Below, piece by piece: positions 8,970 through 17,666 of a stretch of 52,395 bases of DNA (the stretch's first letter is position 1; each line of letters starts with the position of its first letter). This stretch comes from Candidatus Sumerlaeia bacterium (GTDB lineage Bacteria > Sumerlaeota > Sumerlaeia > SLMS01 > JANRJK01). The position numbers were made by a program, and so were the translations under genes. Under the pieces are notes generated by a model that was given only the letters and a program-made list of their open reading frames with translations, searched no databases and was not told where the DNA came from. Location: assembly GCA_033764015.1 (NCBI GenBank), contig JANRJK010000035.1, forward strand, positions 1 to 52,395, written 5' to 3'.

Positions 8970-10709
8970 ATGCCGCTCCGCGACGCCCTCCTCCTCGCCG
9001 CCCTCTGCCTGCCCGCCGCACTCGCCGCGCAGACCCCGGCCCCCACGCCGACACCGGTCCCCACGCCGACACCGGCGCCCGCGCCACCCGGACTGCCCGG
9101 GTGGCAGACCGGGCCGCCGCCCTCCGCCGCCAACCGGAACCCCTTCATCCTCGAGGACGGCGCCCTGCCGGACTACGACGACCTGCGCCTTCCGGGCGGA
9201 ACGACGACGCAACTCAACGAGCGCTACCTCGAATCGCTCCCGATCCTGACAGGCGAACTGGTGGACGACCGGGTGATCTTCGCCGACGTGCCGGCGGACG
9301 CGCCCTACGCGCGCCTCACGCTGTCGCGCCTCGTCGACATCGCGCTCGAGAACAACTTCGACCTCGTGAACACCGACCGCTCGGTGCTCATCGCGAAAAG
9401 CTCGACGCGCCAGTCGGAGGCCGACTTCATCCCCTTCGTCGATCTGGTGGGGGGCACGCGCTACACGGAAACCGTGGACGAATCCGCCCGCCCGCTCGCC
9501 GGCGGGGCGGGGACCAACACCACGCGCACCGACAGCTTCACGGCGAACGGCGGCGCCGAAACCGGCGTGTCGCTGCCGAGCGGCGGCTCCATCACCGGTT
9601 CGGTCGGCAACGACTTCGCCAACACCCGCAGCCGCGACCGGGACGCCTCCCTCGAGACGGACAGCTACGGGGCGGACGCGAACGTCCGGGTGCTGCAGCC
9701 GCTGCTGCGCGGGGGCGGCACCGGGGTCGGGACGGCGGCGCTGCGCCGCGCGCGCCTGTCGGAGATCGACGCCGAGCTTAGCCAGCGCACCACCGAGCGC
9801 GACACGGTGCTCCGCGTCATCCAAACGTACTTCAACCTGAGCTCGACCGCGCAGCAGCTCCAGGTCTCCCGCGACGCCATCCGCGAGCGGAAGCGCTTCT
9901 ACGAGGAGACGCTGCTGAAATACGACGTCGGCCGCGTCGCCGAGTCGGAAATCCTGCGGGCGGAGATCCAATACCTGCAGGAGCTGGAGTCCGCGATCAG
10001 CCGGCGGCAAAGCCTGGACGACGCGCGCGAGTCGCTGCTGCTCCTGCTCGGGCTGCCGCTGGACACCCGGATTTCGCTGGTGGACGTGACGCTCGAGCTG
10101 CAGGAGCGCGGGCGCGTGGACATCCCGCCGCTGCAGGAGGCGATCGACTCCGCGCTCAACACCCGCCCGGAGCTGCTCCAGCAGGAGATCGCGCTCGCGC
10201 AGTCGCGCATCGGCCTCGAAGTGTCGCGCAACGACGTCCTGCCGCAGCTCGACGCGGACGCCGGCTACGGGCGCAGCGACCGGAACGACAACTTCCGCGA
10301 GGCGAACGAGTTCAAGGACAGCGAATGGAGCGCGGGCCTTTCGCTCCGCGTGCCGCTGATCAACATCCGCCGCCGCGAAGCGCTCAAGCAGTCCGCCCTG
10401 CAGCTCGAACAGGCGGAGACCCGGCTGCTCCAGTTCGAGCGCAGCATCACCCGCGACGTGATCAACGCGCACCGCGCGGTGCTCTCGACGGAGGCGACCT
10501 TGACGATCCTCCAGAAGACCGTCGAGCAGGCGCGCAAGAACCTCGAGCTGATCAACGGCAGCTTCGAGGTGGGCTTCAGCTCCGTGACGGACGTGCGCTT
10601 GGCGCAGGACGACTTGTTCCAAGCGGAGACTCGGTACCGCACGGCTCTGCTCACATACCAGACGACGATCGCGCAGCTTTACCTCGAGATGGGTCGGCCG
10701 CTGTACTGA
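8970..10709 (+). CDS. TolC family outer membrane efflux protein
   Basis: Signal peptide, Pro/Thr linker, 'ALENNFDL', 'QPLLRGGG', 'LPQLD', two OEP-like helical repeats. Confidence 0.85.
   Translation: MPLRDALLLAALCLPAALAAQTPAPTPTPVPTPTPAPAPPGLPGWQTGPPPSAANRNPFILEDGALPDYDDLRLPGGTTTQLNERYLESLPILTGELVDDRVIFADVPADAPYARLTLSRLVDIALENNFDLVNTDRSVLIAKSSTRQSEADFIPFVDLVGGTRYTETVDESARPLAGGAGTNTTRTDSFTANGGAETGVSLPSGGSITGSVGNDFANTRSRDRDASLETDSYGADANVRVLQPLLRGGGTGVGTAALRRARLSEIDAELSQRTTERDTVLRVIQTYFNLSSTAQQLQVSRDAIRERKRFYEETLLKYDVGRVAESEILRAEIQYLQELESAISRRQSLDDARESLLLLLGLPLDTRISLVDVTLELQERGRVDIPPLQEAIDSALNTRPELLQQEIALAQSRIGLEVSRNDVLPQLDADAGYGRSDRNDNFREANEFKDSEWSAGLSLRVPLINIRRREALKQSALQLEQAETRLLQFERSITRDVINAHRAVLSTEATLTILQKTVEQARKNLELINGSFEVGFSSVTDVRLAQDDLFQAETRYRTALLTYQTTIAQLYLEMGRPLY
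9041..9076 (+). repeat. 18-bp tandem duplication encoding a Pro/Thr linker
   Basis: ccccacgccgacaccgg occurs twice at 18-nt period. Confidence 0.8.
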
Positions 10710-10780
10710 CAGGGGCGTTGGCGGGATTATTGCTCCGCCAACTAACCGCATAGCAACGCCGCCCCCGGAGTAGTTCCACC

Positions 10781-12166
10781 ATGCGCGCCAGCCGGATCGT
10801 CCCCGCCCTCCTCCTCGCCGCCGTCCTCGGGTACGGCGGCTACGCCGGCTACCAGCGCCTCGCCTCGGGCACGGTGGCGGTCGACGTGGTGCCCACGACG
10901 GAGGTCCGCTCCGCGCCGTTCCGCAAGGTGGTCACTTCGCTCGGGCAGCTCGAAGCCGCCAACTCGAGCGCGATCAACTCCCCCGAACGTGGCGGCAAGG
11001 TGGTGCGGATGCTCGCCGAAGGGACGCGCGTCGAGCCCGGGGACCCGGTGATCTGGCTCGACACCACCGAGGCGGAGAAGAACCTCGAAGAGAGCCAGGC
11101 GCAGCTCGACCTGTCGCTCAAGGACTTGGAGAGCGCCAAGGAGGAGTACCAGCTCACGGGCCTGAAGAACCAGTTCGACCTCGAATCGGTCCGCACGGAA
11201 GTGAAGGTTGCGGAGCAGGAGGTCGAGGACGCCAAGACGAAGTACGAGGCTGAGAAGGTGCTCGTGGAGCGCGGAATCTCGCCGAAGACGCGGCTGGACG
11301 AGACTTACCTGGCGCTGGTGCAGGCGGAGCTTTCGCTGCGCAACTCGAAGATCGCGGTCTTCAAGGCGGAGGAGGACGCGGCCTCCGCGGTGCGCGTTTC
11401 GCAAAGCAAGATCGACCGCGCGGAGCTGACCGTGGAGCGCTACCGCCGCCTCGTGAAGGAGCGGCGGGACGAGATCGACGGGTCGATCATCAAGGCCGTC
11501 GCGGCGGGGAACGTCAGCTACATCGCCCAGTGGCGCAACGGCACCATGGCGAAGACGCAGGAGGGCGACCAGCTCTGGGGGGGGCAGCAGATCGGCGAGA
11601 TCCCCAACACGGCGGAGATGCACGCCGTGGTGCAGGTGCACGAGATGGAGGTTTCCGCGATCGAGCGCGGGCAGCCCGTTTCGATCACCGTGGAGGCGTT
11701 CCCGGGGCTCGAACTGCGCGGCGAAGTGGTCTCGCGCAGCTTCATGCCGTCGCAAGCGAGCGCTCGGCGCCGCTGGCAGGCGACGGGCTCCGGCCCGCGC
11801 GAGTTCGACATCCGCATCCGCCTGCTCGACAACCCGGAGCAGCTCCGCCACGGCATGACGGCGTCGGCCTCGATCCTCGTGCAGTCGCTCGACGAGGCGC
11901 TGCAAGTTCCGCTCGAGGCGCTCGTGAAGCGAGGCGCCGAGGCGGGGGTGGTGCTCGCGGAGGACCGGCGCTTCGTCGCGCTGGAGGTGCTCGGCACGAA
12001 CGACAATTTCGCGGCGGTGAAGGGGGCGGTCGGCGCGGGGTCGCCGATCTACCTGCGCGACCCGGAAGCGGCGCTTCCGACGGAGGTGGGGACCGGCTCG
12101 ACGCCCGCCGCGGACGCCCAAGGCGCGACCGGGACCAACGGCGCGGGCCCGCGGCGCCCCTCCTGA
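10781..12166 (+). CDS. Periplasmic adaptor (HlyD/MacA-like membrane fusion protein)
   Basis: N-terminal TM, lipoyl-like 'EGTRVEPGD', long coiled coil, 'LRHGMTA', 'ALQVPLEAL'. Confidence 0.88.
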   Translation: MRASRIVPALLLAAVLGYGGYAGYQRLASGTVAVDVVPTTEVRSAPFRKVVTSLGQLEAANSSAINSPERGGKVVRMLAEGTRVEPGDPVIWLDTTEAEKNLEESQAQLDLSLKDLESAKEEYQLTGLKNQFDLESVRTEVKVAEQEVEDAKTKYEAEKVLVERGISPKTRLDETYLALVQAELSLRNSKIAVFKAEEDAASAVRVSQSKIDRAELTVERYRRLVKERRDEIDGSIIKAVAAGNVSYIAQWRNGTMAKTQEGDQLWGGQQIGEIPNTAEMHAVVQVHEMEVSAIERGQPVSITVEAFPGLELRGEVVSRSFMPSQASARRRWQATGSGPREFDIRIRLLDNPEQLRHGMTASASILVQSLDEALQVPLEALVKRGAEAGVVLAEDRRFVALEVLGTNDNFAAVKGAVGAGSPIYLRDPEAALPTEVGTGSTPAADAQGATGTNGAGPRRPS

Positions 12167-12176
12167 CCGGGCGGGC

Positions 12177-13514
12177 TCAGGGCAGCTCTTCCTCTTTCTT
12201 CTTCCCCTTGCGCGGCACGCGCACGCCGGGGATCGGCATCCGGTCCTCCTCCTGCATCCAGTACGGCACCATCCCGTCGGAGCGCATGGCGCGCTCGAAA
12301 ACTTCGAGCAGCCCGTAGGCCATGACGCGCCGGTGGAAGCGCGCGCGGTTGCGCTCCTGGCGCTCCAGCCGCGCCTGCTCCGGCTCGGGATGGGTGCGGT
12401 GCAGCTCGCGCATGGCGTCGCACCAGCGCTCGAAGACGATGCCCTCGCCGCCGGTGGGGACCAGGACGCCGTCGCGGGGGTCGTTGACCAGTTCGCCGGT
12501 GGCGCCGCTGTCCGCCGCGATCACCGGGGCGCCGCAGATGAGCGCCTCCGCGGTGACGAGGCCGAAGGCCGGCGACCCCGCGTCCGGGTTGAGGAACACG
12601 TCGGCGGCGGAGAAGAGCCTCGCCAGGCCGTCGCTGGAGACCCGGTCGAGGAAGCGCACGCGGGAGCCGAAGCCGTACTGGCGGCACGCCTCCTCGAGGC
12701 CGGCGCGCTCCGGCCCGTCGCCCGCGACGACGACGCGCCACGGCTCGAGCTTCGCGAAGTCGGGGTTGTTCGAGACGTAGGAGAGCGCCCGGAGCGCGAA
12801 GCCGTGGCCCTTGAGGGGAACCATGCGGCCGGCGAGGAGGAGGATCGTCTCCGACTGGCTGAACGCGAGCTCGCGGCGCGCCTCGGCCTTGGTCATCTGC
12901 GGGTAGCGGCGCAGGTCCACCCCGAGCGGCACCACGTCGGCGGCGACGGCCATGCCGGTCTCGCGCTGCAGTTCTCGGACCGTGAACCGGGAGTCGGTCA
13001 CGATGTTGGGTTCGGCCGCCAGGAAGCGGCGCCAGAGCGGCTGGAACGCGAGGCGGTGCTTGTAGCGCCAGTAGAGCCGGAGGCGCTCCGCGGGGGGAAG
13101 CGACGCGGCGAGGCTGGGGCGCAGGGGGGTTTCGCTCCAGAGTGTTCCGTGGATCGTCGTGACGACCGGCGGCAGTCCGCTGGCGAGGCCGAGCGGGACG
13201 CCCGCGAAGCCCTGCGCGTGGACGATGTCGACGCGCTCGCGGCGGCTGATCCAGGCGACGGTGCCCGCGAGGCGACGGAAGAACTCGATCGAGTAGTGCC
13301 CCTGCTTGCGGCCGAGCGCGTGGACCGCGCCGTTGACCCGGAGCGGCGCGAGGCCCGCCCGGGCGCCGGGGAGCGACGTGGTCAGGACGCTCACCTTGGC
13401 GCCGGCGTCCATCAAGCCCTCGACAACGTCGAGCGCGTGCCACTCGAGCCCCCCCGGCTGGTGGTAGGGGAAGCTGCGGCAAACCTCGAGGACGTGGAGT
13501 TTCTCGCGGGCCAA
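12177..13514 (-). CDS. Glycosyltransferase family 4
   Basis: 'PGGLE', 'DIVHAQ', 'GRMVPLKG', 'FGLVTAEALICGAPVI'. Confidence 0.9.
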   Translation of the reverse strand: MAREKLHVLEVCRSFPYHQPGGLEWHALDVVEGLMDAGAKVSVLTTSLPGARAGLAPLRVNGAVHALGRKQGHYSIEFFRRLAGTVAWISRRERVDIVHAQGFAGVPLGLASGLPPVVTTIHGTLWSETPLRPSLAASLPPAERLRLYWRYKHRLAFQPLWRRFLAAEPNIVTDSRFTVRELQRETGMAVAADVVPLGVDLRRYPQMTKAEARRELAFSQSETILLLAGRMVPLKGHGFALRALSYVSNNPDFAKLEPWRVVVAGDGPERAGLEEACRQYGFGSRVRFLDRVSSDGLARLFSAADVFLNPDAGSPAFGLVTAEALICGAPVIAADSGATGELVNDPRDGVLVPTGGEGIVFERWCDAMRELHRTHPEPEQARLERQERNRARFHRRVMAYGLLEVFERAMRSDGMVPYWMQEEDRMPIPGVRVPRKGKKKEEELP

Positions 13515-13598
13515 GGACGGGGTTCCGGGGGGAGGTGCGGGTTGCAGCGGATACTGGGATTGGGCGTCCGCGCGGGAGCAAGCGGTGTGCGGCGTGGC

Positions 13599-14057
13599 TC
13601 AGGAGGGCGGCGGATCGCCGGTCAGGAGTTCGGCGAGCGTCTCCATGCCGTCGAGGAGCGCGCGGCGGCGCGGCGCGTCGAGCGCGGCGAGGAGCTCCGC
13701 GGCCTCCGCGTCCGCGGCGTGGTCCGCCTTGGCGAGCGCCTGGCGCCCCTTGGCGAGGATGGCGGCGGCCTGCGCGCGCCCGTCCTCCTTGTCCTGGGAG
13801 CGCGAGACGAGCTTGCGCGCGGCGAGCGATTCGACCGCGCGCGACACGGCGCCCTTGTCGAGCCCGAGCGCGGTGGTGAGCGCGCCGATGGTGAGGCGGC
13901 CGCCCTCCGCCGCCCCGAGCGCCGCGAGCACGTGCAGCTCCGCGGACGCGAGGCCGAAGCGCCGCCGCGTGGCGTGCGTGCCGCGGCCGTACGCGCGGGC
14001 GAGCGCCCGCGACAGGGCGCGGTAGCGGTCGAGCGATTCCTGCGGGATGTCGGGCAA
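13599..14057 (-). CDS. MarR family transcriptional regulator
   Basis: TTG start 6 nt after GGAGG; winged HTH 'LGLDKGAVSRAVESL...DKEDGR'. Confidence 0.8.
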   Translation of the reverse strand: MPDIPQESLDRYRALSRALARAYGRGTHATRRRFGLASAELHVLAALGAAEGGRLTIGALTTALGLDKGAVSRAVESLAARKLVSRSQDKEDGRAQAAAILAKGRQALAKADHAADAEAAELLAALDAPRRRALLDGMETLAELLTGDPPPS

Positions 14058-14096
14058 GGGGGGCCTCCGGCGGGGGATGCGAGAGGAGGCGGCGGA

Positions 14097-14117
14097 ACAC
14101 TTGACTAAGTCAAGTGT
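14097..14117. promoter_or_regulatory. Perfect palindrome, probable MarR operator
   Basis: ACACTTGACT-A-AGTCAAGTGT (10-bp arms), AT-rich in a GC-rich context, 40 nt upstream of the MarR start. Confidence 0.7.
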
Positions 14118-15006
14118 CGTCCAGCCGCTCGACCGCGCTCCGAAGCCGCGTGGTGTTGGTGTGCGTGTAGATCTGCGTGGAGGTGATCGTGGCGTGCCCC
14201 ATGAGGCGCTGGATCTCGACCAGGTCCACGTCGCGGAGGTGGAGCAGCGTGGCGAAGGTGTGGCGGAGCTTGTGCGGCGACACCTCCGGGCGCGGCAGGC
14301 CGGCGCGGACCACGTACTCGTCGACGATGCGTTCGACGCTGCGCCCGGTGATCCGGCCCCCGCGCTTGTTGACGAAGACGGCGCGCTCGCCGGGCTTGGC
14401 CCCGCGCACGGCCAGCCACGCGCGGAGCGCATCCTCGACGGTGCGGTTCACGGGAATGAGCCGTTCCTTGCTGCCCTTGCCGAGCACCTTGATGGTGCGG
14501 CGCTCGAAGTCGACGTCGAGCTGGTCGAGGCCGACCAGCTCCTGCAGGCGCACCCCGCAGAACGCCATGGTGACGAGCATCGCGTAGTCCCGCGCGCCGA
14601 GCGGCGTCGCCCGGTCCGGCGCGCCGAACAGCCGGGCGAGCTCGCTGTCCGTGAGGAACACGGGGAGCTTCTTCGCCTGCTTCGGGTTGTGGACCGCCTG
14701 CGCCGGGGAGGCGTCGAGCATCTCCTGCTCGACGCAGAAGTCGAAGAAGACGCGGATGCTGGCGATGTTGCGCGCCAGCGTGGCGGCCCGGTAGGCGAGG
14801 TCGCTCTTGAGGAAGTTCAGGTAGTCCTTGATCTGGGCTCCGGTGACGGAGTCGAGCGAAGCGGGCCCCCGGCGCCCCTTTTCGAGGAAGTCGGCGAAGC
14901 GCGCCAAGTCGTAGGCGTAGGCGGTTCGCGTGCGCTGCGAGAGGTTCTTCTCCACGCGGAGGTAGCGGTCGTACTGGGAGATCGCGTCGCGGAGGTTCCG
15001 GGCCAT
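14110..15006 (-). CDS. Tyrosine recombinase, XerC/XerD family
   Basis: N-terminal 'YLRVEKNLSQRTRTAY', 'RDYAM...GVRLQEL', GKGSKER, HKLRH, 'MGH...TQIYTH'; 298 aa. Confidence 0.92.
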   Translation of the reverse strand: MARNLRDAISQYDRYLRVEKNLSQRTRTAYAYDLARFADFLEKGRRGPASLDSVTGAQIKDYLNFLKSDLAYRAATLARNIASIRVFFDFCVEQEMLDASPAQAVHNPKQAKKLPVFLTDSELARLFGAPDRATPLGARDYAMLVTMAFCGVRLQELVGLDQLDVDFERRTIKVLGKGSKERLIPVNRTVEDALRAWLAVRGAKPGERAVFVNKRGGRITGRSVERIVDEYVVRAGLPRPEVSPHKLRHTFATLLHLRDVDLVEIQRLMGHATITSTQIYTHTNTTRLRSAVERLDDT

Positions 15007-15263
15007 AACGGGCGGATTGGTTCGCGCGCCGGCGCACACCGGCAAGGGGAGAGCGCGCGGAGATGGCCCTGCTGGCCGACGCTAAGAAACAACCGGGAAC
15101 CAGTGGGCGTTCCCCAACCCGACCGCGGCCCCCCCCGCCCCTCGCGGCGCCGCGCGAAACCTTGACACAGGAAGCCGGTTCGCTTCGATCTTTGTTTGTA
15201 TTCACCCATTTGGAGGCCGGCGCCTTGGGGGCCCACCGACCTCTCCCCAGGAAAGGAGCGCCC

Positions 15264-17657
15264 ATGCTCCAGCGCTTCGCCGTTTCCCTCGCCGCCATGG
15301 CGCTTGCCGCCGCGTCCGCGGCCAATCCCCTTCCGCACGAGCACCCCGGAACCTGCGGATCGCACCTCCTGCAGGAGGACTTGGCGCGCATCGTCAAGGA
15401 GCGCGGCGCCGAGACCATCAGGCGGGCGATTCCCCTCCCCGCCCGCGAGGCCGGCAGCCCGGACTACCTGGTGCGTGTGATCTTCCTGATGCCCACGGAC
15501 CGCCAACCGGCGGACCCGGGGGACTACCAGGCGAAGGTGGACGAGGCGACGCTGCGCATCCAGGCATCGCTCGAGACCTTCGGCGACTACCTCGAATCGC
15601 AGATGGTGGCCTGGGGCGTGGACGCCTCCGGCCGGCGGCCGAACTTCGAGCGCGACTCGAACGGCAAGATCAAGGTGATCGCATTGAACGGGACGATGCC
15701 GACGGAGGGCGCCTCGGGGTACTGGGGCGACTCGACCGGGCTGAACGCGCACGGAAATGTTTACTTCAACGCGATGACGGACATCTGGGGCGGCTACAAC
15801 GCCGGCATCGCCGCGTGCTCGAACACGGTGTACATGATCTTCGCGGACACGCTGCGGATCGACGGGACGACGATCCCGCCGACTTGGCGCGGCTACCTGG
15901 GCGGCGGCAGCGGCTTCGGCGAGACCTCCTCCGGCTACGGCGGCCTTGCGGTGATGGCCTACGGAGCGCTCGAATTCCTCCCCACCCCCGCGGGCGACAG
16001 CGACACGGACCGCATCGCCGCGTTCCAGTCGGCGCTCTGCGACACGACGATGACGCACACGATCGGCTCGTACACGGGCACGCTCTTCGGCGGGCCGCCG
16101 CGCTGCGCCGCCGGAGCAAACCTGAACCGGACCGAATTCCTCAGCATTTACCAGGGCGTCATGGCGCACGAGCTGATGCACGGCTTCGGACTCGGCCACG
16201 ACAACATCACGCACAACGCGAACACCGGGGTGATGAGCACCGGCTATAGCCGCTACGGCGCCGTTCTTCGGACCATGTACTCGGTGCCGGCGTGCCCGGC
16301 GGTCCCGCTCACCTCGGCGCCCTACTGTCCACCCGGGGAGCTAGGCGACACGTTCGGCCACCGGATGCTCCGCAGCCCCTACTGCAATCCGGCGACACAC
16401 CCCGACAAGACGGACCCGGAGATGGACGTGGCATGGCCGCCAGCGGGCTACTTCTACGAGATCGACGCGCTCAACGAGGCCGACCCGCATCCGTTCCGCC
16501 TGGTGGCGACCGACGGCGGCGGCTCGGGCCCCGCATCCGCCACGATCTACGAGCAGGGAAACACGAAGGACTACGACTACTTCACGGGCGGAGAGACGAC
16601 CCTTACGTTCGAGGACTTCTTCTACAACCCGATGGAGGGCCGCCGCGACTTCTACCTGCAGGCGATCGACAACGCCGGCAACGCGCACGGGCTCGTCGCG
16701 CCGCAGTTCGGGCGCGTGGACCTCGACTACGCGCGCGACGCGGTGTGGTTCAACTCGCTCTGGGTGCGCCGCCCCGCCGGCGAGGACACGCGCCCCCGCG
16801 ACGGCACCAAGCCGCTCGGCTGCTTCAAGAACCCCTACTCCGACATCCAGACCGCGATGACCGCGGCCGCCGCGCTCGGCACCTCCGCCGTGGTCATCGG
16901 CGAGGGCGTCTGGCCGCTCACGGCGCCGCTCACGCCGGGCTACCGCGTCGCCGTCACCGGCGAGGGCGTCGGCGCCACCATCCTCGACGGCGGCGGAACG
17001 CTCAACGCGATCTTCTACGCGTCGCCCTCGGTCGGCGTTTTCCAGGAGGGCTACTACTCGAACCTCGTCCTCCGCAACGCGCAGGCGGGTTTCCTCAAGG
17101 CGAACGGCAACAGCACGTTCCACTTCGGCATCACCAACTGCGTCTTCCACGACCTGAGCGGCGCCGCGATCAACCTCTCGAACCTCGACGGCAACTTCGA
17201 GGTGTCGCAGAACACCGTGTACAACTGCGGCTCGGGGATCCGGCTGGTGGACTGGGTGCCGTTCGGGTCGAAGAACCGGTTCACGTTCCGCAACAACCTG
17301 GTGTCGGACTGCACCGGCACGGGGATCGAGGTGGGTTCCGTCGGGGGGCTCTTCGCCATGTCCCGTGTCGGCGGCAACCTCTCCTTCGGGAACGGGACGA
17401 ACTGGGCCGGAAACGGCGACGGCGCGGCGGCGCCGGACTACTCGACGACGCGGCTGGCGGGCGAGGTCTCGGCGGACCCGTTGTTCGCGTCGACGCCGGC
17501 GCTCTCGCCGGAGGATTTGAAGCTGGCGACCGGTTCGCCCGCGCGGTACGCCGGCGCCTACCCGACGCAGAACAGCGAAGGCACGCCGCGCGACATCGGC
17601 GCGTGGATCAACAATGGCGCGCAGGCGCGCGTCGAGGCGTGGCACCTGCTGCGGTAG
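15264..17657 (+). CDS. Secreted zinc metallopeptidase-like protein with Ig-like and beta-helix regions
   Basis: AAGGAG RBS, signal peptide, HELMHGFGLGH (HExxHxxGxxH) then a Met-turn-like GVM; 'IQTAM', 'TILDGGG', repeated beta-helix strands, 'DPLF', 'RDIGA'. Confidence 0.75.
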   Translation: MLQRFAVSLAAMALAAASAANPLPHEHPGTCGSHLLQEDLARIVKERGAETIRRAIPLPAREAGSPDYLVRVIFLMPTDRQPADPGDYQAKVDEATLRIQASLETFGDYLESQMVAWGVDASGRRPNFERDSNGKIKVIALNGTMPTEGASGYWGDSTGLNAHGNVYFNAMTDIWGGYNAGIAACSNTVYMIFADTLRIDGTTIPPTWRGYLGGGSGFGETSSGYGGLAVMAYGALEFLPTPAGDSDTDRIAAFQSALCDTTMTHTIGSYTGTLFGGPPRCAAGANLNRTEFLSIYQGVMAHELMHGFGLGHDNITHNANTGVMSTGYSRYGAVLRTMYSVPACPAVPLTSAPYCPPGELGDTFGHRMLRSPYCNPATHPDKTDPEMDVAWPPAGYFYEIDALNEADPHPFRLVATDGGGSGPASATIYEQGNTKDYDYFTGGETTLTFEDFFYNPMEGRRDFYLQAIDNAGNAHGLVAPQFGRVDLDYARDAVWFNSLWVRRPAGEDTRPRDGTKPLGCFKNPYSDIQTAMTAAAALGTSAVVIGEGVWPLTAPLTPGYRVAVTGEGVGATILDGGGTLNAIFYASPSVGVFQEGYYSNLVLRNAQAGFLKANGNSTFHFGITNCVFHDLSGAAINLSNLDGNFEVSQNTVYNCGSGIRLVDWVPFGSKNRFTFRNNLVSDCTGTGIEVGSVGGLFAMSRVGGNLSFGNGTNWAGNGDGAAAPDYSTTRLAGEVSADPLFASTPALSPEDLKLATGSPARYAGAYPTQNSEGTPRDIGAWINNGAQARVEAWHLLR

Positions 17658-17666
17658 GAGCCGGAG

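Noticed and set aside
14110..15006. Tyrosine recombinase as integrase of a mobile element or driver of the 50-kb inversion
   Set aside because: Length and motifs fit housekeeping XerC/D; no att, dif or cargo genes seen, and the inverted repeats are long coding paralogs, not short recombination sites.
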